Notes: generated from the letters alone by a model not told the origin. Counted from the stretch's first letter, positions 7,948 through 17,612 are shown. The stretch is 64,000 bases of DNA from an uncultured Clostridia bacterium (GCA_905235785.1 CAJOMP010000004.1:18761-82760); one strand, 5' to 3'. Program-made: numbers and translations.

Positions 7948-8874
7948 ATGATACTTACCATCTGCCCGAATCCGAGCATAGATTGTACGATAGAACTCGA
8001 AAGTTTAAACGTAGGTATGCTTAACCGCATACAAGGCAAGGTAGAAACTTATTCGGGTAAAGCGCTGAACGTCGCGATAGGCGTAAGCAGACTCGGCGAA
8101 AAATGCACCGCGACGGGCTTTATGTTCGCTAATCAGCAACGGACTTTCGAGCACGTTTTACATGAAGAAGGGATAAATTGCGACTTTGTTTCCTGTACGG
8201 GGAATACTCGCGTAAACTATAAAATAATAGATAAGAAATCAATGCTCACCGAGATAAACGACGTGGGCGACGAAGTAAGCCTTGACAAACAGGCTGAACT
8301 TATAAAAAAGGTCGCGGCGCTCGCGGCGGAAGCGGATATCGCCGTGATGAGCGGCAGTCTTCCGAAAGGCGTAAAGACGGAATTTTACGGCGAAGTTATA
8401 AAGCGTATCCCGAAAAGGGTAAAAGTCGTAGTCGATACCGAAAAGGCGAATATGCTTTCGGCGCTTTCCGCTTGCGAACTGTTTATGGTAAAGCCGAATA
8501 TAAAGGAACTCGAAAACTTTTCGGGGTTAAAGGTGCGCAAAATTTCCGACGTGCTTGCGGCGTCCGCAAAATATTTCGAGATGGGCGTAAAGTACGTGCT
8601 TGCGTCGCTCGGTACGGAAGGCGCGGTTTTGACCGACGGAAAGGACAGTTTTTATTGTAAAAGCGCGTCCGTTGCCGTAAACTCCACGGTCGGCGCGGGG
8701 GACAGTATGGTAGCCGCCGCTTGCGTGGGGGTGTACAACGGTCTTCCTATGCGCGAGATATTAAAAGAAGCGGTCGCAGCGGGAACGGCGGCGGTAACTA
8801 CAAGCGGCACTAATCTTTTTTACAAAGACAAGTACAAGGAAATTTATTCCAAATTGCAAACGGAAAGAATATAG
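7948..8874 (+). CDS. PfkB-family sugar-phosphate kinase (1-phosphofructokinase / tagatose-6-P kinase type)
   Basis: N-terminus ILTICPNPSIDCT...GKALNVA is typical of FruK/LacC. C-terminal motif NSTVGAGDSMVAA. No PTS or DeoR partner is adjacent. Confidence 0.85.
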   Translation: MILTICPNPSIDCTIELESLNVGMLNRIQGKVETYSGKALNVAIGVSRLGEKCTATGFMFANQQRTFEHVLHEEGINCDFVSCTGNTRVNYKIIDKKSMLTEINDVGDEVSLDKQAELIKKVAALAAEADIAVMSGSLPKGVKTEFYGEVIKRIPKRVKVVVDTEKANMLSALSACELFMVKPNIKELENFSGLKVRKISDVLAASAKYFEMGVKYVLASLGTEGAVLTDGKDSFYCKSASVAVNSTVGAGDSMVAAACVGVYNGLPMREILKEAVAAGTAAVTTSGTNLFYKDKYKEIYSKLQTERI

Positions 8875-8909
8875 AAATCGGGTCGCGACAAAAGTTTAAA
8901 GGGTAATTT

Positions 8910-9644
8910 ATGATTGTTTTATACGTGGCGTTAGGGATAATCGGTTTGATTTTGGGCGTGCTTATACTGCACGTCCTGTTTTTGGCAGCGCTTTCGCTTT
9001 TCGTGCGCAAAAAGTATTACGATAAACCGAGCCCCCTATACCGCGCCGCTTTTGCCTATGTCGTGCGGCTTGCTATGTTTTTTTGCAATATTAAAATAAA
9101 GGTAACGGGCAGAGAAAAACTCACGGCGATAGACGGCAAATGCCTGTTTGTCGGCAATCACCGTTCGGATTTCGACCCGTTTGTTACTTTGCTCGGGCTT
9201 AAAATAAAAGAGTTAGCCTTTATTTCAAAACCGGAAAATTTTAAAATTCCGATTTTCGGTAAAATCGTTCGCAAGTGTCTTTACACGGACATTGACAGGG
9301 AAAACGCCAAAAACGCCATAAAGACCATTAACCGCACGGCGGAACTTATACAAAAAGACGTCGTGTCTTACTTTGTGTATCCCGAAGGCACCCGCAGTAA
9401 AAGCGCGCGGATGTTGCCGTTTCACGACGGGGTGTTTAAAATCGCGCAGAAAGCGGGCGCTCCGATAGTCGTTGTCGGCGTAAGGAGCACGGAAAAAGTG
9501 CATAAAAACGCGCCGTGGAAAAAGACCGTCGTCTATTTGGACGTTTTAGACGTAATCGATAAAGAAACGGTTTCGGCGCTTTCTTCTCACGAAATAAGCG
9601 GTAAAGCGAAGGAAACTCTTATTCTCGCGACGGAAGGAAAATAA
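8910..9644 (+). CDS. plsC: 1-acyl-sn-glycerol-3-phosphate acyltransferase
   Basis: N-terminal TM helix, acyltransferase motif I NHRSDFDP and motif III YPEGTRS. Confidence 0.85.
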   Translation: MIVLYVALGIIGLILGVLILHVLFLAALSLFVRKKYYDKPSPLYRAAFAYVVRLAMFFCNIKIKVTGREKLTAIDGKCLFVGNHRSDFDPFVTLLGLKIKELAFISKPENFKIPIFGKIVRKCLYTDIDRENAKNAIKTINRTAELIQKDVVSYFVYPEGTRSKSARMLPFHDGVFKIAQKAGAPIVVVGVRSTEKVHKNAPWKKTVVYLDVLDVIDKETVSALSSHEISGKAKETLILATEGK

Positions 9645-9733
9645 TCCGAGAAATATTACCGTCGAAAAAAGGTATATATTCAAAAATAAACGCATAAATT
9701 GTATTATTCTTATAATTCGGGGGATAATACCTT

Positions 9734-9997
9734 ATGCGCGAAGAACTTATTGCGAGAGTTACGGAAGAAGCCGAATACATAGCGGAAACGGGCGCGACGG
9801 TAAGGGACGCGGCGAAAGTTTTTCATTTTTCAAAATCGACGGTGCATAAAGACGTAACCGAAAGGCTGTTTTATATCGACAAAACGCTTTACAAAGCCGT
9901 AAGAAAAGTTTTGCGTAAAAATCTCGACGAAAGGCATCTTCGCGGCGGTAACGCCACGCGGGAAAAATACCTTAAAGAAAAAGGGCAAAACCGATAA
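9734..9997 (+). CDS. spoIIID: Sporulation transcriptional regulator SpoIIID
   Basis: 87 aa. ...TVRDAAKVFHFSKSTVHKDVTERL... and HLRGGNATREKY match the SpoIIID HTH and basic region. Confidence 0.92.
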   Translation: MREELIARVTEEAEYIAETGATVRDAAKVFHFSKSTVHKDVTERLFYIDKTLYKAVRKVLRKNLDERHLRGGNATREKYLKEKGQNR

Positions 9998-10001
9998 TCG
10001 C

Positions 10002-10030
10002 TTGACAAAATTTTTTACGCATGTTAAAAT
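10002..10030 (+). promoter_or_regulatory. Sigma-A type promoter of the ABC-transporter leader
   Basis: TTGACA-17 nt-TAAAAT. Confidence 0.6.
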
Positions 10031-10036
10031 AAAGAC

Positions 10037-10160
10037 GATAAACCTGAACCGAAAGGGCTGTTCCTGACGGCAAAGGGGAGAATATAGGAAACTTTAAGGC
10101 AAAATTATGCCTTATTGATTTACGTCCCTCCCTTTGCTACGCGAAGGGAGTTTCTTTTTT
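10037..10160 (+). promoter_or_regulatory. Riboswitch-like transcription-attenuation leader (class not recognised)
   Basis: Terminator ctccctt-N9-aagggag (10128-10150) plus T-run 10151-10160. Competing antiterminator gcaaaggggag (10070-10080) pairs with ctccctttgc (10128-10137). Two similar CCTGA..(N4)AAAGGG segments at 10043 and 10063. Hairpin at 10095-10114. Confidence 0.5.
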
Positions 10161-10190
10161 GGTCAAAACGGAAACAATAAAGGAGTAGTT

Positions 10191-11198
10191 ATGAAAAAAT
10201 TATTATCTGTTTTATTAAGTATCGTGTCAGTATTTACGGTTTTTGCTTTTTCCGCCTGCGGAGATAAGGGCGACGTTAACCTTAAATACTACAATACCGC
10301 CTCGGATCTTATACCCGCGCTCAAAACGGGAGCGGTTTCTTACGGGCTTTTACCCGAACCCGCCGCCACCAACCTTGAAAATATGACGAAAGCCGACGGC
10401 AAATCGTGGTACCGTCTGGATATTCAGGAACTTTACGATAGCGAAACCAAATCTTATCCGCAAGCGGTCGTTCTTATTAAAGAAAGCCTGTTGAATACTT
10501 TTCCGACGCTTGTTGAGAATATGAAAAATAAATTTTCCAATAATGCGGCTTGGGTGATAAATAGTCCCGACGAAACGGTGTCCGCTGTCTATAATGAAAA
10601 CGTGTGCGAAGAAGGCATTACGCCGTCTTTTAAAAACGCGGCTATTCTTACCGAAAAGGTCGTAAACAACTGCAATATAAGTTGGCAGAGCGCGCAAGAC
10701 GCTAAAAAATCGGTAAAAGATTATCTTAATTCGATAATCGCCGTAAAAGATATCTCGGCGACAGCCGCAACCGACGACTTTTTCTACGACGGAACGGCGT
10801 CTGGCGAATTTACCGCCGATACTGTCAAAGTTTACGCGCCCGACGGCGCGCCCGCGCTCGCTATTGCAAAGTTTATAGCGGAAAACGAAACGTTCGGAAC
10901 GGGGAAAACTTTCGAGTATCACGTCGTTGCGGCGGATAAAATAGGTACGACGGGCGGCGATATAGTTATTATTCCCGTAAACCTTGCAAGTAAGCGTTAT
11001 AAAGCGAACGAGTTAAGCCCTTATAAAATGGTTTCAGTCGTAACGCACGGCAACGTTTATCTTATGTGTTCGGAAGAGATTTCGGCAAACGACTTAAAGG
11101 ATAAAACGCTTGGCGTTTTCAATATGGGCGGAGTGCCGGATCTTACTTTGCAGGTTGTATTAAAAAATCTCGGATATAAAATCGGTATAGCCGATTAA
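10191..11198 (+). CDS. ABC transporter substrate-binding lipoprotein (NitT/TauT, NMT1/THI5-like family)
   Basis: Signal peptide plus lipobox (VFAFSAC) and an SsuA/ThiY-like periplasmic binding fold. ATG at 10191 with RBS aaaggag is preferred over the TTG at 10134, which lies inside the terminator. Confidence 0.8.
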   Translation: MKKLLSVLLSIVSVFTVFAFSACGDKGDVNLKYYNTASDLIPALKTGAVSYGLLPEPAATNLENMTKADGKSWYRLDIQELYDSETKSYPQAVVLIKESLLNTFPTLVENMKNKFSNNAAWVINSPDETVSAVYNENVCEEGITPSFKNAAILTEKVVNNCNISWQSAQDAKKSVKDYLNSIIAVKDISATAATDDFFYDGTASGEFTADTVKVYAPDGAPALAIAKFIAENETFGTGKTFEYHVVAADKIGTTGGDIVIIPVNLASKRYKANELSPYKMVSVVTHGNVYLMCSEEISANDLKDKTLGVFNMGGVPDLTLQVVLKNLGYKIGIAD

Positions 11199-11206
11199 CG
11201 TATAAT

Positions 11207-11959
11207 ATGAAAACGCGGGATAAAATTTTAAATTTCGCTTTGCCGCTTTTTACCGTCGCCGTTATCATCGGGTTATGGGCGACGACGGCAAAAGCCGTAG
11301 ACAGCGAATATATATTGCCGAATATCGGCGAAACGCTTTCCGCGCTGAAAAAACTATTTAAAAGCGCGGAGTTTTACCGCGCTTTTTTCGGTACGCTACT
11401 CCGAAGCGTTATCGCTTTTGCGATATCGTACTTACTCGCTTTTTGCACGGCGCTTTTATCTTATAAATCGGAAAAGGCGCGCCGAGCGTTAAAACCCGTT
11501 ATCGTTATCGTAAGGGCGCTTCCGACCATCGCCGTAGTGCTCCTTTTAGTGGTGTGGACAAACTCTCGGATAGCGCCCGTTATAGTTACTTTTCTCGTTG
11601 TGTTTCCGACCCTTTACAACAATCTTTACGCCGCGCTTTCGGGTATCGATAAAAAACTCGACGAAATGTGCACGGTTTTCGGCGTAAACAATAAAAAACG
11701 GTTGAAAAAAGTGGTCTTTCCGCAAATCGCTCCCGAATTTATAACGTCCGCGGGGGCGGGGCTTACCTTAAACCTTAAACTTATGGTCGCCGCAGAAGTA
11801 CTTTCGCAGACCGCTCGGTCTATGGGCTATCTTCTTAATACTTCAAAAGTTTATTTCGAGATTTCAACTATGCTCGCTTTGGTGCTTATAACCGTTGTCG
11901 CGGGGCTTATTATAGAGTGGGCTTTCGGGTTTTGGACAAAAAGGACGGTGAAAAAATGA
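11207..11959 (+). CDS. ABC transporter permease (NitT/TauT family)
   Basis: Six predicted TM helices. BPD-transport (EAA-like) region ...LYAALSGIDKKLDEMCTVFG.... Confidence 0.85.
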   Translation: MKTRDKILNFALPLFTVAVIIGLWATTAKAVDSEYILPNIGETLSALKKLFKSAEFYRAFFGTLLRSVIAFAISYLLAFCTALLSYKSEKARRALKPVIVIVRALPTIAVVLLLVVWTNSRIAPVIVTFLVVFPTLYNNLYAALSGIDKKLDEMCTVFGVNNKKRLKKVVFPQIAPEFITSAGAGLTLNLKLMVAAEVLSQTARSMGYLLNTSKVYFEISTMLALVLITVVAGLIIEWAFGFWTKRTVKK

Positions 11960-12609
11960 TAAGTTTTAAAAACGTTACCAAAAAATACGGCGATAAAACC
12001 GTATTTCTTAATTTCAATCTCGATATAAACGAACACGAGATAACCGCGGTTTTAGGCGAAAGCGGTTCGGGCAAAACCACGCTTTTGAATATGATAGCGG
12101 GGTTAACCGATTTCTACGGCGAAATTACAGGGGTTTTTAACGTTTCTATGGTCTTTCAGGAAAACAGACTTGTGCCGCACCTTACCGTAGAAGAAAACAT
12201 ATTACTCGTAAACGAAAACGCGGATGTTAATAATCTTCTTGAAAGCGTGGGACTTAAAGACGCAAAAAATCTTTACCCGAAAGATTTGTCGGCGGGGATG
12301 GCGCGGCGCGTCGCGATAGTCCGCGCGTTTTCCCATCCCGCGCCGCTCTTACTTATGGACGAGCCGCTCGTAAATTTAGACCTTTCGCTTAAAACTTCGC
12401 TTTTCGAACGGATAAAGGAACTGAAAGAAAAAACGGGCAAAACCGTTATCATCGTTACGCACGACGTAAAGGAAGCGGCTTTGCTTTCGGACAGGGCTAT
12501 CATTATAAGCGGCGGGAAAGCGGTATTCGATAGGCGCGGCGTTTCGGAAAAGACGCTTGAAAGAAAACTGTTGCAAGTGTTTTCGGACGGAAAAAACATT
12601 TTTTCGTAA
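11956..12609 (+). CDS. ABC transporter ATP-binding protein
   Basis: Walker A GESGSGKTT, signature LSAGMARR, Walker B LLLMDEP. ATGA overlap with the permease stop. Confidence 0.9.
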   Translation: MISFKNVTKKYGDKTVFLNFNLDINEHEITAVLGESGSGKTTLLNMIAGLTDFYGEITGVFNVSMVFQENRLVPHLTVEENILLVNENADVNNLLESVGLKDAKNLYPKDLSAGMARRVAIVRAFSHPAPLLLMDEPLVNLDLSLKTSLFERIKELKEKTGKTVIIVTHDVKEAALLSDRAIIISGGKAVFDRRGVSEKTLERKLLQVFSDGKNIFS

Positions 12610-12613
12610 ATTG

Positions 12614-12642
12614 TTGCAAAAAATTGCGCGAACGGGTATAAT
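12614..12642 (+). promoter_or_regulatory. Sigma-A type promoter upstream of the GT2 gene
   Basis: TTGCAA-17 nt-TATAAT. Confidence 0.55.
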
Positions 12643-12671
12643 AAAGACAAGAAAACAGTGTCGGGGGAGTT

Positions 12672-13679
12672 ATGACGTATCCGCTTATTTCCGTAATAGT
12701 GCCGTGTTATAACGTAGAAAAGTTTTTACCGAATTGTTTTAAAGTGTTTGACAGGCAGACCTATAAAAATCTGCACGTTATATTCGTTAACGACGGTAGT
12801 TCGGACGGAACGTTCGGCTTGCTTAACGAGTATTGCGCGCATCACCCGCAGTATACGCTCATTACGGGCGAAAACGAAGGCGTTGCGAGTGCGCGGAATA
12901 AAGGGCTTAACGCCATAAAAGGCGAACTTTTCGCTTTTTGCGACGCGGACGATATTATTTCCGATTTTCATTTTGAGCGGCTTTATAAAAATATTTCGGA
13001 AAACGCCGCGGATATGGCGGTGTGTTCTATAAAACGGATTTCCGAAAGACGGGCGGACAAGTTTAACGCAGGCAAGCGCGTGAAAGGCGGGAAAGTCCGC
13101 GCTTACGGTAAAACGCAGGCGTTAGAACAGTTCTTTTCGCAGGAAAAGTTCGATTACCTTTTAATGAATAAACTTTTCCGCACGGAAATTTTGCGTAAAA
13201 GCGGCGCGACTTTTTTGGATAATTGTCGTTACGGCGAAGAAGGATATTTCTTTTTCAAATATTTGTCTTGCGCCGAAAAAACCGTGTACGAGCCTTGCGA
13301 AACTTATATTTACGTACAAAATCAAAACAGCCTGATGCACAGCGCGTTTAACGAAAGCCGTTTGGACATATATAAAAATCTCAACGCAGTGATGAAAGAA
13401 ATAGCGGCAAGCGGAGAGTTCGAATCGGTGTTTCCTTACGTTCAAGTCATGCGCGCGGGATATTCGGTGGGAATACTGTTTTTTATACTAATTAGCGGTT
13501 ACAAAAACGGTAAGGTGATTGCCGAAATTACACGTATGTTGAACGACGACGTAAAAAGTCTGAAAAAATGTCCGAAAGTCGCGGCGTATAAAAAGGCGTT
13601 TTTGCCGTTATGCGCGGCGCTTGCCAAAATGATTTTCGCAAAACACCTTAAAAAAGAAAAGGCGCTTACGACAAATTGA
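12672..13679 (+). CDS. Family 2 glycosyltransferase
   Basis: ISVIVPCYNVEKFL...VNDGSSDGT...CDADD is the GT-A/GT2 signature. Confidence 0.88.
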   Translation: MTYPLISVIVPCYNVEKFLPNCFKVFDRQTYKNLHVIFVNDGSSDGTFGLLNEYCAHHPQYTLITGENEGVASARNKGLNAIKGELFAFCDADDIISDFHFERLYKNISENAADMAVCSIKRISERRADKFNAGKRVKGGKVRAYGKTQALEQFFSQEKFDYLLMNKLFRTEILRKSGATFLDNCRYGEEGYFFFKYLSCAEKTVYEPCETYIYVQNQNSLMHSAFNESRLDIYKNLNAVMKEIAASGEFESVFPYVQVMRAGYSVGILFFILISGYKNGKVIAEITRMLNDDVKSLKKCPKVAAYKKAFLPLCAALAKMIFAKHLKKEKALTTN

Positions 13680-14748
13680 TAACGGTATAAGAATTATCGA
13701 GCAGGGTGAAATCTTCGCCCTGTTTTTTATTTGTCAGAATTTGTTTTTTATTTTCTTTTACGCATACGGCGAAAACCTGCGCGCCTTCAAATTCTTCGCT
13801 CGACAGAATTTTTTGTATAAACGCGTAAAGTTCGCCGTTTTCTGGGGCGTCGAAATCATGCCCGAACAAACACATCGCGGTGGTAAGCGCGTCGAGTTTT
13901 ACACCGTTTTTACCGATAACCGTCGCGCTCGCAACGCCCGTGTCTTGCGGATAGCCCGTATACGGGTCTATTATGTGCGAATAGGTCTTGCCGTCTTTAA
14001 CGTAGTTTTTTCGGTAATCGCCGCTGGTGGATACGGAAAGGTCTGTTTCATTGAGTTTTACGGTTATAATATTTTTGCCGTCTTCGCGCGGGTGAGTTAC
14101 GGACAGATTATCGGTCGCGATAACGTAAATACTGCTGCCGCCTATGTTTACGAATCCTTCCGTAACTCCGTCGACTTTCATTATCTCGGCTATTTTATCC
14201 GCCGCGTAACCTTTTATAATCCCGCCGAAATCGAGTTTCGCTTTATCCGTTGTTTTTACCGCCGCGCTTTTAAACGAAAACTTGTCGTAACCGACCGTCG
14301 CCTTTGCCGCCGCTATTTCTTCCGCTTGCGGCACGGCAAAATCGTGTACGGGGAAGTTTGGCGCAAACCGCCATAACAGCGTTAAAGGGTACACGGACGG
14401 GTCGAATTTGCCGTCCGTAAAATCGCGGAGTTTTTTGCACTCGTCCGCTATAAACTTAAAACGATCGGAAATAGCCGTTTCTTCACCCGCCGCGGCGGCG
14501 TTGATTTTATAAACCGTCGAGTTTTCGTCGGTCGCCGAAAACTCGGCGTTTAAGTCTGATAGGAGCGCGCGGATGTTTTCCGTCGCGACAGACGACAGCC
14601 GTTTATTTCTCGATTGAACCGTAACGAAAGTGCCGTTAAAAGCGGTAAAATGTTGTTCTTCGCCCATATCGCAAGCGCAGAACAAAACGGCAGAGAAAAC
14701 GAGCGCCGCGCAAATAACCGTTGAAAGCGTTTTAACAAAAAATTTCAT
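13666..14748 (-). CDS. apbE: FAD:protein FMN transferase (ApbE family) lipoprotein
   Basis: Signal peptide with Cys (VLFCAC) and ApbE-like blocks (FDPSVYPL, GGIIKGYAADK, NIGGS, SGDY, HIIDPYTGYP). Its 3' end overlaps the convergent GT2 gene by 14 nt. Confidence 0.85.
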   Translation of the reverse strand: MKFFVKTLSTVICAALVFSAVLFCACDMGEEQHFTAFNGTFVTVQSRNKRLSSVATENIRALLSDLNAEFSATDENSTVYKINAAAAGEETAISDRFKFIADECKKLRDFTDGKFDPSVYPLTLLWRFAPNFPVHDFAVPQAEEIAAAKATVGYDKFSFKSAAVKTTDKAKLDFGGIIKGYAADKIAEIMKVDGVTEGFVNIGGSSIYVIATDNLSVTHPREDGKNIITVKLNETDLSVSTSGDYRKNYVKDGKTYSHIIDPYTGYPQDTGVASATVIGKNGVKLDALTTAMCLFGHDFDAPENGELYAFIQKILSSEEFEGAQVFAVCVKENKKQILTNKKQGEDFTLLDNSYTVINLS

Positions 14749-14828
14749 TATAACCTTAAATTATAAAAAACATAAAAAATTCGATACTTTAATTATATTA
14801 TAAATCTCGCCGAAAATCAATTTATGGA

Positions 14829-14857
14829 TTGACAAATATATTTACCTTTGGTAAAAT
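14829..14857 (+). promoter_or_regulatory. Sigma-A type promoter of the HprK-like/PqqD/DUF1846 operon
   Basis: TTGACA-17 nt-TAAAAT. Confidence 0.6.
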
Positions 14858-14893
14858 ATAAAAGGTTGCTTAAAATGCGCCAAGGGGGAATAC

Positions 14894-15613
14894 GTGCCGA
14901 GATATAAAATCGCGGACGTGGTGTTCGACGCCGAGCCGATTTACGGATATACAGTAAAATTGTGTGAAAAATATCTGTATTCCGGCGCGGAAAAACCGGA
15001 ATTTACCGCGGTAATGACTAAAAACGATATCGACGCGGAAAAAACGCAGGCGGGGGCGGAAAACTTTCCCGATTATTACCTTGAAAGTCTTGCGCTTTTC
15101 CGTAAACTGTGCGATTACGTTCTTTCTTTCCGTCAGGGGATAATATTTCACAGCAGCGCGGTCGCGGTTGACGGAAAGGCATATCTTTTTACGGCGCCGA
15201 GCGGGACGGGTAAGTCCACGCACGCGCGGCTTTGGCGCGAAATGCTCGGCGATAAAGTCGTTTATATTAACGACGATAAGCCGATAATAAGGTACGTCGA
15301 CGGGGATTTTTACGTCTACGGTACGCCGTGGAACGGGAAACACCGCCTTGATACAAACACGCGCGCGAAAATCGCGGCGATTTGCGAAATAAAGCAGAGC
15401 AAAGTAAATTCGATTTGCAGAATTTCGCCGCAAGAAATGCTGCTCGTTGTAATGAATCAGACCATACGCCCGACGGAAACGGACAAGTTAGAAAATCTTT
15501 TTACAATACTCGATAAACTTTTGACCACCGTTCCGCTTTATAGGTTAGAGTGCGATATTTCGAGAAAAGCGGCTGAAATGTCTTACGGCGCGATGGCGGA
15601 AAACAAAATTTAA
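14894..15613 (+). CDS. HPr-kinase-C-terminal-like P-loop protein (RiPP-associated kinase type)
   Basis: GTG start with RBS aggggga. ...IIFHSSAVAVDGKAYLFTAPSGTGKSTHARLW...INDDKPI... resembles the HprK/P catalytic domain and lasso/ScmC-type kinases. Confidence 0.7.
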   Translation: MPRYKIADVVFDAEPIYGYTVKLCEKYLYSGAEKPEFTAVMTKNDIDAEKTQAGAENFPDYYLESLALFRKLCDYVLSFRQGIIFHSSAVAVDGKAYLFTAPSGTGKSTHARLWREMLGDKVVYINDDKPIIRYVDGDFYVYGTPWNGKHRLDTNTRAKIAAICEIKQSKVNSICRISPQEMLLVVMNQTIRPTETDKLENLFTILDKLLTTVPLYRLECDISRKAAEMSYGAMAENKI

Positions 15614-15629
15614 GAATAAGGGGAAAATT

Positions 15630-15893
15630 ATGAAAATAAAGGACGGCTTTATTATCCGCGAAGTGGCGGGTAGTTACATTGTAGTTGCGGTCGGTAGCGC
15701 GGTTAAAGAGTTTAACGGTATCATCAATCTCAACGAGACGGGCGCCTTTTTATGGAAGATACTCGAAAACGGCGCGACGAAAGAAGAACTGCTTGAAAAA
15801 CTGCTCGGAGAATACGACGTGGACGAAAAAACGGCGCGCGCCGACATAGACGCGTTTATAAAGAAATTACAGGAAGCGGAACTCGTAAAATAG
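15630..15893 (+). CDS. PqqD-family protein (RiPP recognition element-like)
   Basis: 87 aa. ...[56 protein letters not shown] is the classic PqqD/RRE winged-helix pattern. Confidence 0.8.
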   Translation: MKIKDGFIIREVAGSYIVVAVGSAVKEFNGIINLNETGAFLWKILENGATKEELLEKLLGEYDVDEKTARADIDAFIKKLQEAELVK

Positions 15894-15913
15894 CGGGTTT
15901 TGGGGGCGTACTT

Positions 15914-17398
15914 ATGAAAATCGGTTTTGACAACAAGAAATATCTCGAAATGCAATCCGCGAAAATTCTCGAACGGATCTCTATGTTCGGCGACAAACTG
16001 TATCTGGAATTCGGCGGCAAACTGTTCGACGACTATCACGCGTCAAGGGTGCTGCCGGGGTTCTTGCCCGACAGTAAAATAAAGATGCTTTCGCAACTGA
16101 AAGACAAGGCCGAAATTCTTATCGCCATCAACGCGAACGATATAGAAAAGAACAAGACAAGGAGCGATCTCGGCATCACTTACGATACCGAAGTTCTGCG
16201 GCTTATCGATATATTCAGATCCCGCGGGTTTTACGTCGGGAGCGTGGTGCTTACCCGTTTTGCCGAACAGCCTTCCGCGGCGGCTTTTAAAAAACGTCTG
16301 GAAAATCTCGGTATAAAAGTTTACCGCCATTATCCCATAGACGGGTATCCTTCGGAAGTGGAGAAGATAGTGAGCGAAGACGGTTACGGGAAAAACGAAT
16401 ACGTCGTAACCACCCGCCCGCTCGTCGTAGTTACAGCCCCCGGACCCGGTAGCGGAAAAATGGCGACGTGTTTATCGCAACTTTATCACGAGAATAAACG
16501 CGGGGTAAAGGCGGGCTATGCAAAGTACGAAACTTTCCCCATCTGGAATTTGCCGCTTAATCACCCCGTAAACGTGGCGTACGAAGCGGCTACCGCAGAC
16601 CTTGACGACGTTAATATGATAGACCCCTTCCATCTCGACGCGTACGGCGCGATGGCGGTCAATTATAACCGAGACGTAGAAATTTTCCCCGTGCTTTCGG
16701 CAATGCTTTCAAAGATAATGGGAAGTTCGCCGTATAAATCTCCCACGGATATGGGCGTCAACATGGCGGGGTATTGTATCGTCGACGACGAACTTTGCGC
16801 CAAAGCGAGCAAACAGGAAATTATCCGCCGTTATTACGCCGCTCGGCTCGACGTAATGAAAGGGCTTATTCCCAAGGACGCGGAAACCAAGATAGATATC
16901 CTTATGCAAAAGATGCATATTACCATTAACGACAGAGCGGTCGTTGCCGCCGCGCTCAATAAGGAGCAGGCGACAGGTCGCCCCGCCGCCGCGATAGAAC
17001 TTGTAAACGGCAAAATGGTAACGGGTAAAACGAGCGAACTTTTAGGTGCGTCGGCCGCGGCTCTTTTAAACGCGTTAAAAGTTCTCGGCAATATAGACGA
17101 TTCTATACCGCTGATTTCTTCTGCCGTAATAGAGCCTATCCAAAAACTCAAAGTCGAACATATGGGCAGCGCAAACCCGCGTCTGCATACGGACGAAATA
17201 CTTTTGTCGCTCGCAGTCAGCGCGGTAACTAATCCCACCGCCGCGTTCGCGCTTAAACAACTCGACAAACTTAAAGGCGCGGAGTTCCACTCTTCGGTTA
17301 TTTTGTCGCACGTGGACGAAATGACGCTTAAAAAACTCGGCGTAAACGTAACTTGCGAACCTAAACGCAAAAGCGAACAGGACGCGTCGAATAAATAA
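15914..17398 (+). CDS. DUF1846 (UPF0371) family protein
   Basis: 494 aa. N-terminus [22 protein letters not shown]...[22 protein letters not shown] is typical of UPF0371. Lies 20 nt after the PqqD gene. Confidence 0.75.
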   Translation: MKIGFDNKKYLEMQSAKILERISMFGDKLYLEFGGKLFDDYHASRVLPGFLPDSKIKMLSQLKDKAEILIAINANDIEKNKTRSDLGITYDTEVLRLIDIFRSRGFYVGSVVLTRFAEQPSAAAFKKRLENLGIKVYRHYPIDGYPSEVEKIVSEDGYGKNEYVVTTRPLVVVTAPGPGSGKMATCLSQLYHENKRGVKAGYAKYETFPIWNLPLNHPVNVAYEAATADLDDVNMIDPFHLDAYGAMAVNYNRDVEIFPVLSAMLSKIMGSSPYKSPTDMGVNMAGYCIVDDELCAKASKQEIIRRYYAARLDVMKGLIPKDAETKIDILMQKMHITINDRAVVAAALNKEQATGRPAAAIELVNGKMVTGKTSELLGASAAALLNALKVLGNIDDSIPLISSAVIEPIQKLKVEHMGSANPRLHTDEILLSLAVSAVTNPTAAFALKQLDKLKGAEFHSSVILSHVDEMTLKKLGVNVTCEPKRKSEQDASNK

Positions 17399-17431
17399 AC
17401 CGATAACCGTTTTTCTATACTTAAATAACCG

Positions 17432-17463
17432 TTCCGCCGTTTTTTGTAACGGCGGAAATTTTT
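17432..17463 (+). terminator. Intrinsic terminator after the DUF1846 gene
   Basis: ttccgccgtt / aacggcggaa stem followed by a T-run. Confidence 0.8.
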
Positions 17464-17552
17464 CGTTTTACGACCGATAGGCGCGTTTCGCCAAAAATCA
17501 CGGATAAAAATCGCGCGGAATAAAAAAAGTTTTAAAATAACGTCGTTTTTTA

Positions 17553-17580
17553 TTGACAAATCCGTTTCATCGTATATAAT
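17553..17580 (+). promoter_or_regulatory. groESL sigma-A promoter
   Basis: TTGACA-16 nt-TATAAT immediately upstream of CIRCE. Confidence 0.7.
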
Positions 17581-17585
17581 AAGAA

Positions 17586-17612
17586 TTAGCACTTGAAACT
17601 CGCGAGTGCTAA
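17586..17612 (+). promoter_or_regulatory. CIRCE operator (HrcA binding site)
   Basis: TTAGCACTT-N9-GAGTGCTAA matches the consensus TTAGCACTC-N9-GAGTGCTAA. Confidence 0.95.

Noticed and set aside
10037-10127. TPP riboswitch upstream of the NMT1/THI5-like ABC transporter.
   Set aside because: The sequence contains ACCTGA but lacks the invariant CUGAGA element and the pyrophosphate-sensor helix pattern. It also does not match the glycine, preQ1, ZTP or THF consensus sequences I remember.
16834-17592. 252-aa minus-strand ORF, plus similar long antisense ORFs: 14870-15433, 18251-18994, 34435-35025, 44369-44983, 55341-56072 and 59205-59996.
   Set aside because: All lie antisense to, or out of frame within, strongly supported conserved genes (DUF1846, HprK-like, groEL, yajC, uvrB, pyrD, PP2C). 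Their translations are low-complexity or Arg/Ser/Phe-rich and they lack RBSs. They are treated as shadow ORFs.
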